This document shows positions 14,587 through 31,300 of a stretch of 64,000 nucleotides of DNA, piece by piece. Each line of letters starts with the position of its first letter. The first letter of the stretch is position 1. Below the pieces are notes generated by a model that had not been told where the DNA came from, ran no database searches, and saw only the letters and a program-made list of their open reading frames with translations. The stretch comes from Chrysomallon squamiferum. Its lineage: Eukaryota; Animalia; Mollusca. The DNA is taken from assembly GCA_012295275.1 (NCBI GenBank), contig CM022669.1:434001-498000 (forward strand), read 5' to 3'. A program made the position numbers and the translations under genes.

Positions 14587-16107
14587 CATTTAGCGTTTCG
14601 ACTGTGGCAATATTAATGAACCTCAACAATATTAGATGTTCTAATCACTGAGGATTTGGACTGATAAGAAGGGAAATAACTCTATTATCATTAGAAAAGG
14701 AAATAAGTCAACTTGCTTTACGATTTATCTTTTCATTCTCATATTAATGGGTTCGGAGATTTCCGGTAATTTCCGGAATCTGCAAATTCGACAGATCTTC
14801 GGATTATATTTGAAACATGAAGACACGTTTTTATATTCAGTTCAACTCGCCATGTAAAGGCACGTATTGTTTGTTAGCCAGAGAGATTCTGAAATTTGTT
14901 AATAAATAAAAATTATTTGAAATAATACCGTCTATAAATTTACATAATTCCAAACAACGAAAATATTACCTTTTTAAAATCTGTTCTGATTTATATGAAA
15001 GCAATTTCTAAAAAAAAAAAAAAAAAAAATCCTGTAAATATCTATAAAGACGCATTCTTGTACCATTTTGCGAGATCCTTTCTAATTCACTGCCTGATAC
15101 AAGAAACTGACAAATCTCACTCGCTCTCACAAACAGCTTACTGTTACTAGTAAACATTAATTCTTGGTCAGTTTTAAAACTTTTAACTTTTACACGTTTC
15201 TGTATTTCCTTTTCTTAATCGATCTTGGTATCTTGGTATCGACAACAACTTCATCATAATGGTTCTTTAGACATCACTGTTGTGAAAACAACAACAAACA
15301 AAAGCTCAAAATAATTATTTTTTTCTAAGAATTTATTTTCATAGCGTATTGAAAAAAATTAGAAAGACATAGCAGAAATGAATATAACGTTGGTTAGATG
15401 TAGTTGTTAATTTTCAGGCAATAGAAAAAAAAAAAGCGTTAGTTTTTAAAGAAATTAGAGAATTTATAAGAAAGAAAGAAAAATGTCTCTAATCAGTAGC
15501 AAAACTCGAAGTCACTGGTCAAAATTTATCAAAGATCCTTGGTCTGAAACAATAAATAAATAAATAAATAAATAAATAGATGATGATGATGATGGTAAAA
15601 GAAACAAAAAGAGTTATTGTAAAATGAGTTTATTATTAGATAACGTACACACATTAAACTGGACATGAATATTTAATTAAAAAAAAAATTGTGTGATATG
15701 AAATAGTACAAAGAGGTATTTACTGAAAATGTCAGAATACTAATATCTATAATCAGTGTTGACAGTTTATAACTATCTACAAAAAACGTAATTTTTTAAA
15801 ACAATGTTGAAGATCTATATTCAATTTTAATCAGCTGAAATGTTTATTACAATAATATTTATGCCTGAAATATACATGTGTATGAGCGTTTGCGAATTCG
15901 AATGTATGTATGTATGTATGTATGTATGTATGTATGTAGGTATGTATGTATGTAGGTAGGTAGGTATGTAGGTATGTAGGTATGTATGTACAGGTCAAGT
16001 CAAAGCACACGACTCTGATGTAGTAACCCGACTCTGATGTAGTATTTAAGACAAATTAAATTTTCTTACTTACATCTCAACTTATTCTCCAACATAACCT
16101 TGACCTT

Positions 16108-19889
<3,782 letters not shown>

Positions 19890-19958
19890 GGTGATAAACT
19901 CCTTGCAGGCAGAAACTTCGTGATGCACAAAACGGGTAGAGAACGACTACCCGAGCTC

Positions 19959-20128
19959 TTATATGAGACGGCGCAAAAAGAAAAACGCAGAAGACGAAAA
20001 GACGAGGTTTGTTTGTAGCAATGCATGACTGGGTTTGAAAACACTGCTAAACTTGAGTCACGTTGTGAAGTGGGGGCTTCAAAACAACTGACAATGCGGT
20101 CTTCGTGACTGCAGCTGAAGCCACGTCA
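19959..20128 (-). promoter_or_regulatory. Promoter of the GNNQ-repeat gene
   Basis: CATATAA (- strand) at 19965-19959, ~70 nt upstream of the ATG; TGAGTCA at 20054-20060, CAGCTG at 20112-20117, TGACGTGG (- strand) at 20128-20121. Confidence 0.5.
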
Positions 20129-21287
20129 GCACCAGATCATGCAGTGTACTGCACCGTGTGAAAAAATAAGCGATCATGTCAAAAACAAAATTTTAAAAAG
20201 TTGAAAAGATTCCTGAAAAAAAAAAAACAACATCTGATATAATATCAATAAAGTTAGCCGAATAATGCTGATACTATTTTTACTTAATTCTATTTATCAA
20301 GCACCTAATTCATGTTTTACTAGGTGTGTGTGTGTGTGTAATAATAACAGTAATAGTATAAGACGTATTAGTAATAGTATTACTAGTAGTACTAATAGTA
20401 TTTTGCTTTACTGATATTATTACTATCATCATTACTACTCCTGCTACAGAATCAACTGCTATAACCACTGCCACCACCACTGTTACTACTACTACAACTG
20501 TCATTTTTGCTGCTGCTACTACTATTAAAACTACTGCTATTATTGTTGTTATTGTTGCTACTACTATTACTACTAAAAGTAATAATTTTATCATCACCGT
20601 CATCACCATCATCATCATCATCATCATCACAATTATCATCATTATTATCCCAAGACTAGTGGACTTGGTTTACTGACCTTTCCCTAAAGCCTATATAGAA
20701 AGAAAAATGAAGCAATCTCTGAAATAAAAAATAAATAAAAGATAAATAAAAGAATTACGCTTACAGAAAATCTGCCGTCACCGAGGCCCAGTGTTCTCGT
20801 GAAGAAGAAAACCCAGCTAGTCACGAAGTCATTGTACAGCGAGCTGAACTCGGAACACGAAATCAGTGTCAGTCTACTGACCCATAAAATCTAGCAAGAA
20901 AAAATGTCAACTTTTCGTAAACAACACTTTAGTTAATAATTATTGTTTCTGTTAATCAAATTATTGTTACATAAATTAAAACAACAACAAAAAAAAGTTT
21001 TCGTCTTATTCAGTATAATGTTTATACATTATTTTAATTTTATTTTATTCAGTATAATGTTTATGCATTATTTTAATTTTATTTTATTCAGTATTAATTT
21101 TATGTCAAATATTTTTTTAAATTAAATTAAAACAACATGAAATTAGTTCTCCATTTCTTATCAGTACTGAATATAAACACAAATAAACACAAATAATCAA
21201 TTTGCTTCTTCATTTAATTTTATTTAATCATCACTTTAGTAACGATTTTTTTCAGTCATTAAGAGTATAAAACTCAGCTTTGTTAGT

Positions 21288-21845
21288 TTAGTAAAAGGAG
21301 ACAGAAGTTGAAAGACTTGACTGTGGGAGGTACAGCCCAATGCAGTCGACGCCTGTGTTCCCAGCCCGGGCCCCGCAGTCCAGCAGCAGCCTCACCGCCT
21401 CACGACTCACCGCCTCGCGACTCACGCTCCTGTTTGCGTAAAACAGCGGAGTCCTTCCGAGCGAGTCGGACGCGTTGACGTCTGCTCCGCGAGCCAGTAA
21501 GAACTCCATCAGCTTCGTGTCGCGCCGGTCGGACGCGATGTGCAGCAGGGTGCAGCCTGACGCCAGACCCTCGGGCTGCCCCATCCTCAGATTCACGTCG
21601 ACGCCGGCTCGAAGCATCGTCTTCAGCAGTTTCTTAGAACCTCTTTGTGCGCATGCGTGTATCGGCGTCCATCCATCGACGTCGGCACAGAAAACATCTC
21701 TGGCGAGTTTTTTGTTTGTTTTCACCAGCTGTTTCGCTTGAATCTGAAGTTTTCTGTCTTGGTGACGTAATAATGCGATCGCTATGGTGGCCAGATTCTG
21801 CGCATGCGTGTTTGACTTCGGACTGATTATCTCGTCCTGTATCAT
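21288..21845 (-). CDS. Ankyrin-repeat protein (~185 aa, 3 ANK repeats)
   Basis: Motifs DGWTPIHACAQRG..GVDVN, GCTLLHIASDRR..GADVN, LGRTPLFYA..LLLDCGA. GC-rich single coding exon; acceptor CAG at 21850-21848, ATG at 21845, TAA at 21290-21288. A possible upstream exon ends at 23574 (AG|GTAGGT). Confidence 0.85.
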   Translation of the reverse strand: MIQDEIISPKSNTHAQNLATIAIALLRHQDRKLQIQAKQLVKTNKKLARDVFCADVDGWTPIHACAQRGSKKLLKTMLRAGVDVNLRMGQPEGLASGCTLLHIASDRRDTKLMEFLLARGADVNASDSLGRTPLFYANRSVSREAVSREAVRLLLDCGARAGNTGVDCIGLYLPQSSLSTSVSFY

Positions 21846-22255
21846 AACTGACCAACCCGGGAAGAAGAAGAAGAAATAAAATAAAATAAAAATAATAAAA
21901 ATATAAAATAATAAATAAAAGTAAATGATTTTTTTTATTATTATTATTTTTATTTTTTTTAACATCTTCAACGAACATTCTGACGATATAAAACTTGATC
22001 ATTATTAGAGAGACGAATTTAAAGTAAAAAGAGAAGAGAATTATAATAACAGAGCTACCAAACCGTTTATCCGGATTCCAGAACTTTTACAAAATTCTGA
22101 AAACGAGTTATTTTTTTAACCCGCTCAGTTTGAATTTGGAGCACTGTTGTTTAGTTTCAATGCGATAATTCAAGTGAACCATTTGTCTGGTAAGCCTGGA
22201 ATCGGAGGTGGTCCGGATTTCAGGATACAGGCAACAATCTTTAAAATATAAAATA

Positions 22256-23362
22256 GGGGAAGTGTACGTATATTGAACCTGTACAATACTGAACTTCTGG
22301 CCTTTCTCAGCCTCTGATTGGTCGAAAGGTGTTTTGCCACGATTGTGTGATACCTCGGTACACTTTGTCCACTTTCTGATATTAAAGGTGGCGAAAGATC
22401 AACCGACGCGAAAAAGGTGAGAACAAATCTTATTTCAGCCGTGTAAAGGTAACGTTTTGCTGTTTTTGTAAATGTGTAGTACAGGAAGGTGTATAGGTGC
22501 ATATGTAGCATGTGTTGAATATGTGTTGAATTTTAGGCCGGGTACATGCGGGTATTGTTATGTCTAGTGCCCTGTATTGAACCACCATCGATTCAGTATA
22601 GAATCTGCCCGGTTCAATACAGTATACCCTCACCTGTTCGCGGTTCCCCATTCGCGGCCCCGCATATTCGCGGGTTAGGCTCTTAACCCTATCGCATCGT
22701 ATGCTGGTATACCAGGCGAGCGTCATAACGTCATAAAAACAAATGCTCGGTAAACCGCACAAACAATATCAAATTTTTTCAATTATTATTGCAATACAGT
22801 ACGTATTTTTTTATAAATGCGTACACTGTATGTACAGTGCATATTTTTCGTGACCGTGTATTAATAATGTTTTTAATTGCATATTATTACTGAATTGTAT
22901 TATTATTACCTGAACTGTGCGTACTGTATTTATCTGTCTGTTTGCCTTTAAATTTGTTCCACTTTCTGTCAATTCTAATACATATGTTGTACGCATAGAA
23001 AATGACTTTACGGTACAGTAATACTGTATGGGTAACTATGCTATGCGGTGTTACTGTCCTCCTGTACTTACGTTTATTTCTGATTAAAATATTGTTTCAG
23101 TACAAAATTAAAATGTGTTTACATTATCATTACTACATTAGTGAAATACATAACTGCATGCAATATTACTACATTATTACTGTATTAATGAATAAAAGTG
23201 TCTTTAGAAAGTGTTTGGGAAGCATTTAGTACCGTATATAATCTCATAATAGACGTTTTAAAACTGCATCCAATATTCGCGGTTTTTCGCTATTCGCGGG
23301 GGGGGGGTAAAGAACGTAACCCCCGCGAATAGCGAGGGAATACTGTATAGGAAAAATCGCCC
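22256..23362. mobile_element. Outer non-autonomous TIR element (GGG termini) interrupted by a pogo/Tigger-like insertion
   Basis: Left end GGGGAAGTGTACGTATATTGAACC matches the reverse complement of the reconstructed right end GGTTCAATA|TAGGAAAAATCGCCC at 18/24 positions once the inner element is removed. No clean TSD. Confidence 0.55.
22620..23345. mobile_element. Non-autonomous Tc1/mariner-superfamily (pogo/Tigger-like) DNA transposon, 726 bp
   Basis: Imperfect TIRs CAGTATACCCTCACCTGTTCGCGG / CCGCGAATAGCGAGGGAATACTG, TA duplicated at 22618-22619 and 23346-23347, subterminal TTCGCGG repeats, no transposase ORF. Confidence 0.85.
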
Positions 23363-24189
23363 ATTTAAATGAACATTGGTCATTATAATGCTTTCGTAGT
23401 AATTATAATGCTTTTACCCATTTCCGTTCTTAGTTTCAGTGCACACAAGATGACTTGGGAAGCGTCATTCAGGCGTACACCACGTGACATTACTATTTTA
23501 TTTCAAAATCAACTTGTTCGAGTCATTTGAACTGCAGAAATAAATTTGTAAATGGCGGTAAAAAAAAACCTACCTCAGACCTCCGTGCGTGTTATCAGAA
23601 AAACTGAAGCAGTCGCTCGCTGACTACATTTTAGAGTCAATGTTGATTTGACTAAATTTAAATGCGTTTTATTGAACATAAACTCCAAATAGTTTGACTT
23701 CTTGCATTTTACGAAACAATAATTCTGAATAGTGAAGTGTATCTTTGACACAAATTAATACACTTCTGAGGCGAAGTCTGTTTGATATTTATTAATCTAT
23801 AAAATTATAGTTCTTAAAACACCTGAGTAGAATACACATTTTTAACAAGTTGAGTTTCTGCTAGACTTTTAAACTTGATAATATTAAATAAATGAAAATG
23901 GGAAACCACCTTAATTTTTTGTAACGTATTTTTAAATAAAAAATAATATGTATGTATAACTGGCAAATATTGTATTAAAAACAAAAGAGAATGTAAAGAA
24001 ATAAATTGGTTTTGTAAAGTGTACAGGGTTAGGGTTTCTCCATCTTTTCATGGACAGAGGTCCGCAGCTCTGAAATTATTTAAACGCCTTTGGCTGGACT
24101 TATAGCCTGTATCGACTTCTCCTGCTTCAGTATGGTATGTATCGTAAAAGTACTACGCTCTTACTGCCTAGCAATGTTGACTGCACACA

Positions 24190-24237
24190 ACTCGGAAAAC
24201 TCGTAAGTTGGAGCAGTCGTAACTCGAGGTACCAGTG
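24190..24237. mobile_element. pogo/Tigger-like terminal fragment
   Basis: TCGTAACTCGAGGTACCAGTG followed by TA resembles a CAGTGGTACCTCG-type TIR; the other end was not found. Confidence 0.4.
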
Positions 24238-25397
24238 TATTTGTATGTATGTATGTATGAATGTATGCATGTATATGCATGTACATATATGTATATAATA
24301 ATAACCAGCTGTGAGAGAATCACTGTAACTTGAAGTGACCTAACTGAAACTAAAATAAAGCGCGCTTAATTCAAAAGTAGACTGCTTTTTCTAGATCTTT
24401 CGGGTAAACGGTTCAGCAGAAAAACTGTATGAACGTGTATTAAATGACAGAAAACCTGTCTAGCCTGGATACTGAAGATTTGCAAGTATCCAGTGTCAGA
24501 CTGTCATGATTAATAATTATAACGATTGAGTGAGCGAGATAAAAATAGAAATCGTGACGTGCAGTTCACAGCGCTTTCAACGGCGAAACTAGTCATACGT
24601 AGAACGTCTTGAAAAGACGTTACACGTCATCTCCGCGTGACGTGAACAAAACAAAAACAACAATAATAATAAGAAGAAGAAGACGACAAAGAAGAATAAA
24701 AAGAAAAAAAGAAAAAAAAGAAAAGAAAATAGCAGTGGTGTACATTTCACAACACTTCATTCGGCAAAGAAAGAAAGAAAGAAAAAAAGTATTATTGTCC
24801 TAATGTGATCAATGTTTAAACTTGTTTTCTATGTTATTTATTTTATTAGGCAAAATTAAAATTCATTATTGGAAAATAATATATAGATATTAAAATAAAT
24901 AAAACAAAATGTACGTTGATGTTAATATTTTTTTATAAAGTGATGTACATAAATTGCTAGAATGTGATTCAGATTGAATTGCTATTATTACTTTCAGACG
25001 AGTGTGTGTGTGTGTGTGTGTGTGTGTGCGTTTAAATATCTCATTACAGTAAAATGAAAAAAGCCTGTTCTAGCATACCACAGGCGAACAGGACAAAAAA
25101 TAAACTAAAAAAAATAAAATAAAATAAAATAAAATAAATAAACTTAAATAAACTTAAATGACACGCTGTATGTTTTTAAACCAGGCTACAGTTTGTGGAG
25201 ATTACGTTAATAAATGCATACGGCTGATATATTTCAACGTTATTATTTCAGTGTACTTTTCTTTTTTCTTTTCTTATTTTTATACTGGAGAAATGCTACT
25301 AAAACTTTTGATAATAAAAGACTTGTGAACGAATAAAAAAGCTGCACGTATTTAATTTAGGACCAGGCGCGTTTGTACTGCTAGAGTCTGCATTATA

Positions 25398-25681
25398 TAC
25401 ATACATACATACATACATACGTACAAACATACATACATACATGCATACATACATACATACATACATACATGCATACATACATACATACATACATGCATAC
25501 ATACATACATACACACATACATACATACATACATACATACATACATACATACATACATACATACATACATACATACATACATACATACATACATACATAC
25601 ATACATACATACATACATACATACATAGATACATACATACATACATACATACATACATACATACATACATACATAGATACA
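25398..25681. repeat. Long (TACA)n microsatellite
   Basis: About 280 bp tetranucleotide run; source of the MYVC/HTYI ORFs. Confidence 0.95.
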
Positions 25682-26118
25682 TATTGCAAATGTTTTAATC
25701 ACCATAACTTTACAACAACAGCATTAAAAACACCACATACATGTAACAAAATATTAATACTAATACTAATAAATAAATAAATACATACATAACTAAATAA
25801 ATAAATAAATAAGTAAGGGGCTGTAGTAGTAAATACAAGAAGAAATAGTAAATGGGAAACAAAATATTGTTATGATCGGCGAAGCTGGGTGAAAATCTGG
25901 CAGCGAGCCAAATAGTATCTAGTGATCACTGAAACAGTCTTCAAACTACTGGAAATATATTTAAAATAAATCAGTAAATGAGTAAATAAGTTAATAAATA
26001 AATAAATACAGAAAATAAAGAAGAAAGAAATATGAAAGAAATTCAGATGAAGCAATATCATCCATATTTAACAGGTATGTTACTGAGTAACATAAAGGGA
26101 ACTACAACACTATCATTG

Positions 26119-26171
<53 letters not shown>

Positions 26172-26239
26172 TGTATGGGGCAACATACATATACCTGTTT
26201 TATTTAACTGATGTTACTGAAACGTATTCATATGACAAT

Positions 26240-26241
<2 letters not shown>

Positions 26242-26305
<64 letters not shown>
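26242..26305. repeat. (GA)n microsatellite
   Basis: Pure run. Confidence 0.95.
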
Positions 26306-26308
<3 letters not shown>

Positions 26309-26575
26309 CTTACCTAATTTTCGCTGAAAATTAAATTTATCTAGATCAGTAATAAAATACACTTTGTTTGACGTGTTGCTAAAACAGATTTGATAACGAA
26401 ACAAAACTGAACGCTTTACAAAACAACAAAATAAAAACGTCACAAGTCACGTGACTCCAATCTGATGAGCAAGATTTTAGCATTGACAGCTTCAAGATAA
26501 AGAACTCCGTTTGTAAAAAAGCAATATTTACTTGTTTATTATATATTATTTTTTTTTTTTTATTATATATATATA

Positions 26576-26612
<37 letters not shown>

Positions 26613-28359
26613 TTATAATAATGACACCTGAAAGACATTATAAAAAATATGATTTCTCAGACAAACAAGAATTTATTAATTATTAACGATCAACTTCTTA
26701 AGTTCCCCAACAAGCTTTCAATATTGATATTTTTGTTCGACTTTTAATCTTTTGCATACATGTTTTACACTGGGTGAATGTAGTTTTTATCACAAATTGA
26801 ATTGTGAAATAACGTTCTCGTGGAAAAATACATATTTATTTATTTATTTTTTAATTTTATTACTGTATTACATTATTAATATAGGGCCTTTGTTGTTTGA
26901 TCTTTTAATACATTTTCCAGAAATGTAGGTCAGCGAGTTTTATATATATAATTACAGGGTTCATTCCTGTACGTTTTAGGTTACGCTGTCGACTGAAGTT
27001 TTTTTTTTTTTTTTTTTTTTATCGTCTTGAGATGTTTAGTTGACGTCATACATGGGAAGCATGTCCATTGTGGTTATATCGACCGTAGCAAGCAAGCATT
27101 ATCTATCGTAGTCGTAGAGCGTCATGACAATTGGCTTTGTTCTTTCCCTTTCTCCATCAATACTTATCTTTTTACGTCACCAATTGTCAGCCATATTACA
27201 ACTGTCAACCCGATAGTGTTAAGCCTGGGTGGCAAATAATGCTGACATGTATACATGTAAACAACTTGTCAACAACATTATCTATTCTGTATCAGCAGTT
27301 TTAAAAGTTTTGTTTTAAAAGTGCTGACTGTCTATTACAAGGTCTGTTTGTTCATCACTCACAACAGAGGCAAACTGTAACATGATCTAAGAAAATGAGT
27401 GGTGTTTACGGACGACCAAACACGTTCATGTTCCGAGTTTTTACAGCAGCCATTTTCTACCATTTTACAAATCTTAACTCACCGACTCGTTTAGTTCTAC
27501 GTTATTTGTGGCCTGTTTCTGAAGCCACTTTTTTTCTAAGGCCTAGATGAGGCGTTCAACCTTTGCAGTTATCAGGCTCTTAAAGCCATCAGATAAATAG
27601 GAGATCAGAGAGCTGTAGAGCTTGCTTTTGCGTTTAGGATGATGTTTGTAATGTGTAGTGAAGCCTTGTCATAGTAATTTAAATTTTTAGATGCTTCTCT
27701 TTCTTTTCTTTTCTACTTAAATAAATAAAAAGAAATTTGTGTTCTTTTGACACAGCTAAACGTTACTCCATACACACCCAGTGTCCCACTTGATGTTGTA
27801 TCTGGACGTGATCTAGTCTTTTATTTAAATGTGTGTGTGTGTGTGTGTGAGAGAGAATGGCTCCTGATAATGAAGATGATATTAATAAAGTTAAACAGCT
27901 TCAATGAATACTTAATTAGGACTTAAATTTGCAGTTTTAAATATATTTGGTGAGGAAATTAAAATTAAAAATAAAACTTACTGTCATATATAAATAATTT
28001 TTATATGCACTGGCCAGTTTACATTTTAATTAAAATATTATAATTATTAAAATGTTTTAATATTATATTAACTTTGAATCTAATGAACAAAAATTGGTAT
28101 ATTTCCATAAAATTGTTAATTTTGTTAAACAGTATACCGTTCATAAGCAATTTTTTATTTACATAAAAAATAATTTTCTTGTAACTGCTTTACATAGTGT
28201 CTCATCATAATTAACTATCTTCTAGTCAAAAGAAAGAAATAAACTGAAAAACTGAAATTATGATTTTAAAAAATAAATTATCATTTTGTGAGTTGAACAC
28301 AACTCTCTCTATATATATTTTAATGAAAAAAAAGAAGTATTTTAATTAAAAAAATGTAA

Positions 28360-31300
28360 TTAAGGAGTAAAAAATGTTTTGATGTTGCAGGTTTTCCCAG
28401 AATGTCTGCCTCTCTTGCTCTTTGTCACTGCCTGGTCTTCACATGAATGTCTGGAAAAAAAAATAAAAAAAATAAGAGAAAAAATAAATATCTGAATTAT
28501 GTTAATTATTAATAGAAAAAATATGGTATTCACTCAACCTGCAATTAAAAAAAAAATTAAATAAAAAAAAAGAAGAAAACTAAAGAAAATGATCTGTTAA
28601 CAATGTTAAATTATGAACTGTTTGACCTGAATGACTAATTAAAGGTTTAATAGAGAAAGCAGTTTATTTTTTATGTGAAGTGATACAAAATCTTACTAAT
28701 CTGTGTTTTTCATTCTTTGGCAAACTACTTTTCTTTCTTAGATTTTAATTTTTGTATTTTTATTAATATTTCTTTATTTAGAAAATAAAAATCAATATAC
28801 CTAAATAACTTACAAATGACTTAATAAAAACTAAAATAAAATAACAATGATATATATTTTTTTACAGATGCAGTCTAATTGGTTTAATTTGATAATAAAT
28901 CGTGAAAATGTATGTAATTTATATTGAAGAAAATGATAAACAGTATGATATGTAAAATGTAAAACAACCTTTTATTTTTCCTGTACTGGTGGTCTTCTTC
29001 TTTCAAGATTTGTTTGATGGTTGCTGTGCTGAGGCAGGTGTCGACGTGCTGGTTGAAGTGGACAATGTTCCAGTCGTGTTTTTCTAGGTGACACACAGGA
29101 CATGTGTAGAAGTGTTTGGTATGTGCTGTGTCATCTGTCACTTCACTGCTGCCTTCCTCCTCACAATTCTCTGTCTCACTTTCTTTAGACTTAGTTAGAG
29201 AAGAAATATCAATATCAATACCATTAGTGTCACTTTTCCCCAGACAAGACAGTGTACTATCACTTTGTCTACAGTTAGCTGAAGAATCAGTAGCAATGTC
29301 ACAGTTTTTAGTGTTTTCTAGATGATCTGACGTAGTTGACTGTTTAATCAAGCAGAAGTCAACGTGGTCATTGAAGTAGTTGAGGTTATTACAGGCAATG
29401 TTCACAGAGCAGACAGGACAGAAGTAATTTTCTTGTTGTTCACTGTTTTCTAACATCTTCTCCTCACCTTGTTTATCCTCAGCGTGCAGTCTAGACTCTA
29501 ATTCTACCCGGTTTTCTTTGTCCTCTGTTTCATTGAAGTTTTCAGTTAATTCTTGACTGTAAGATTTCTTATGACTATTTTCTGAAAGAGTACCTCTCTG
29601 TTTGGAGTAAAACTCACCACATTTAGAAGTGTCTGCAGATTTTGAATGGTTGACATGATGATCTGTCTGTGTAAACTCTTCAACATCTGTTTTATTTGTT
29701 ACATTAGAAGATGTGCTTGGTATAGGAAGTCTACTGATATACTGTGACTGGGTTTTTATCTGGGAATTGTCTAATGTGGAATAAACAGCCTCGTTTTCAC
29801 ATTCCTCAGACACAAGACTTAAATTACTTTCTTCTAAACTGTTCTCTTTACTCAGTGACACACTAACGTGATTTCCTGATAAACATTTCTCACTCTGATT
29901 ACATCCAGTTTTGTTTTCAGTTGATGCTGTGCTTGCAGCTAAAACATCACTGTTGTAGCTGTCAGACATTCTGTGTCTGCTGCATTCTTCTGCAGGCAGT
30001 GAGGACAAAGTGTGGTCACTGTGCACAGATCTGTCATGCAACTTCTTAAACATTCCAGTGATTGTGTCCTGTTTTCCGGCCTGACTCTCTGCTGTCAGGT
30101 TTGACATCCGCACACCTACAATTAAATTAGTTATAAACATTTCAGTTCATTTCAGCTGCACACTTGAGAAAATATTTACTAAAATAACAACTAAAACCAG
30201 GTGAAAAAAAAAAAAAAAAAATAAAAAAAAAAAAACATTGTTGTAGTTTTACTCAATTAATAAATAAAATGTATTTTTATATGTAACATATTTAGTACAA
30301 GTCAGTGTGTAAGAATTATTTACAAAACAAATTAAATAAAAGTTAAAATCTCACCCATCAGTCTAAGAGCAAGCCCAGGTGTGTTGTGTATCTCGGTTTT
30401 AAGAAGTTCACTGGCTGCAGAGTAAATAACATCAACGTGTGACGTGTTTTCCTGCAACGTCACAGCTCGCGTTTTAACCTCAAACTGCACGGTTTTCATC
30501 TTCACAGTAACAGTTCTACCCTGACAACATCAAAGTCAACATTTAACAAACCAAAGACAGTCTCAGAGAGGTTTATCTATAAACTTGCTTGTGTAAAGAA
30601 CACAATGTGCAAGTTATCCTCTAATGAACACTACATTAATAAAATGTCTTTTGTATTACTGTTCAGTAATGATTTCAATGTTTAAGATCTGCTCCATTTA
30701 TTATCTTTTTTATTTTTATTTTAAAGATAGTTATGAGTTACTAAGTATTAATATAGTGTCTCATTTTCCTTTATAAAGTAAGACATTTCACATAATTTTG
30801 AATAAATTATAATCAAATTTATATGATAAAACTAGCACAGTTATGTTACTGAAAAGCAGGCTTGTAACAAACACAGGTCAGCATTCTGGTACATGCAATT
30901 TGAAAAAGAACAGTGAATAACAGTCAGTGAGTTTTAAAAACAGAACTGCTCACATTCAGCACTGTTTATTTATACCAAACTAGTGATCTGACAGTAAGCA
31001 AAAGACTACTACAGCTGTCATAACTTAGAAAAATACTGATTTTTGAAACTGTTACGTGAGATATGGCTGAAGTAGAAGGGAGCATTTTATATATACAGAC
31101 AGACAGACAGACTGATATAAACTCTGAAAAGTTTCACACTTTATTATTAGCAATGGTTCATTTAAAAGAAACAAAAATTCAATCTTTTGGAAGTATAAAA
31201 ATTCTGTTTGTAATCAAAATAACAGATTCAACAAATAATATATTATTATCTGAAGAGTCAAACTTTATTATAAGATGAGAAATTTCAATTATGGATAAAA

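Noticed and set aside
22170-22762. 110-113 aa ORFs as a possible transposase
   Set aside because: No DDE/D or HTH motifs; they lie in non-autonomous elements.
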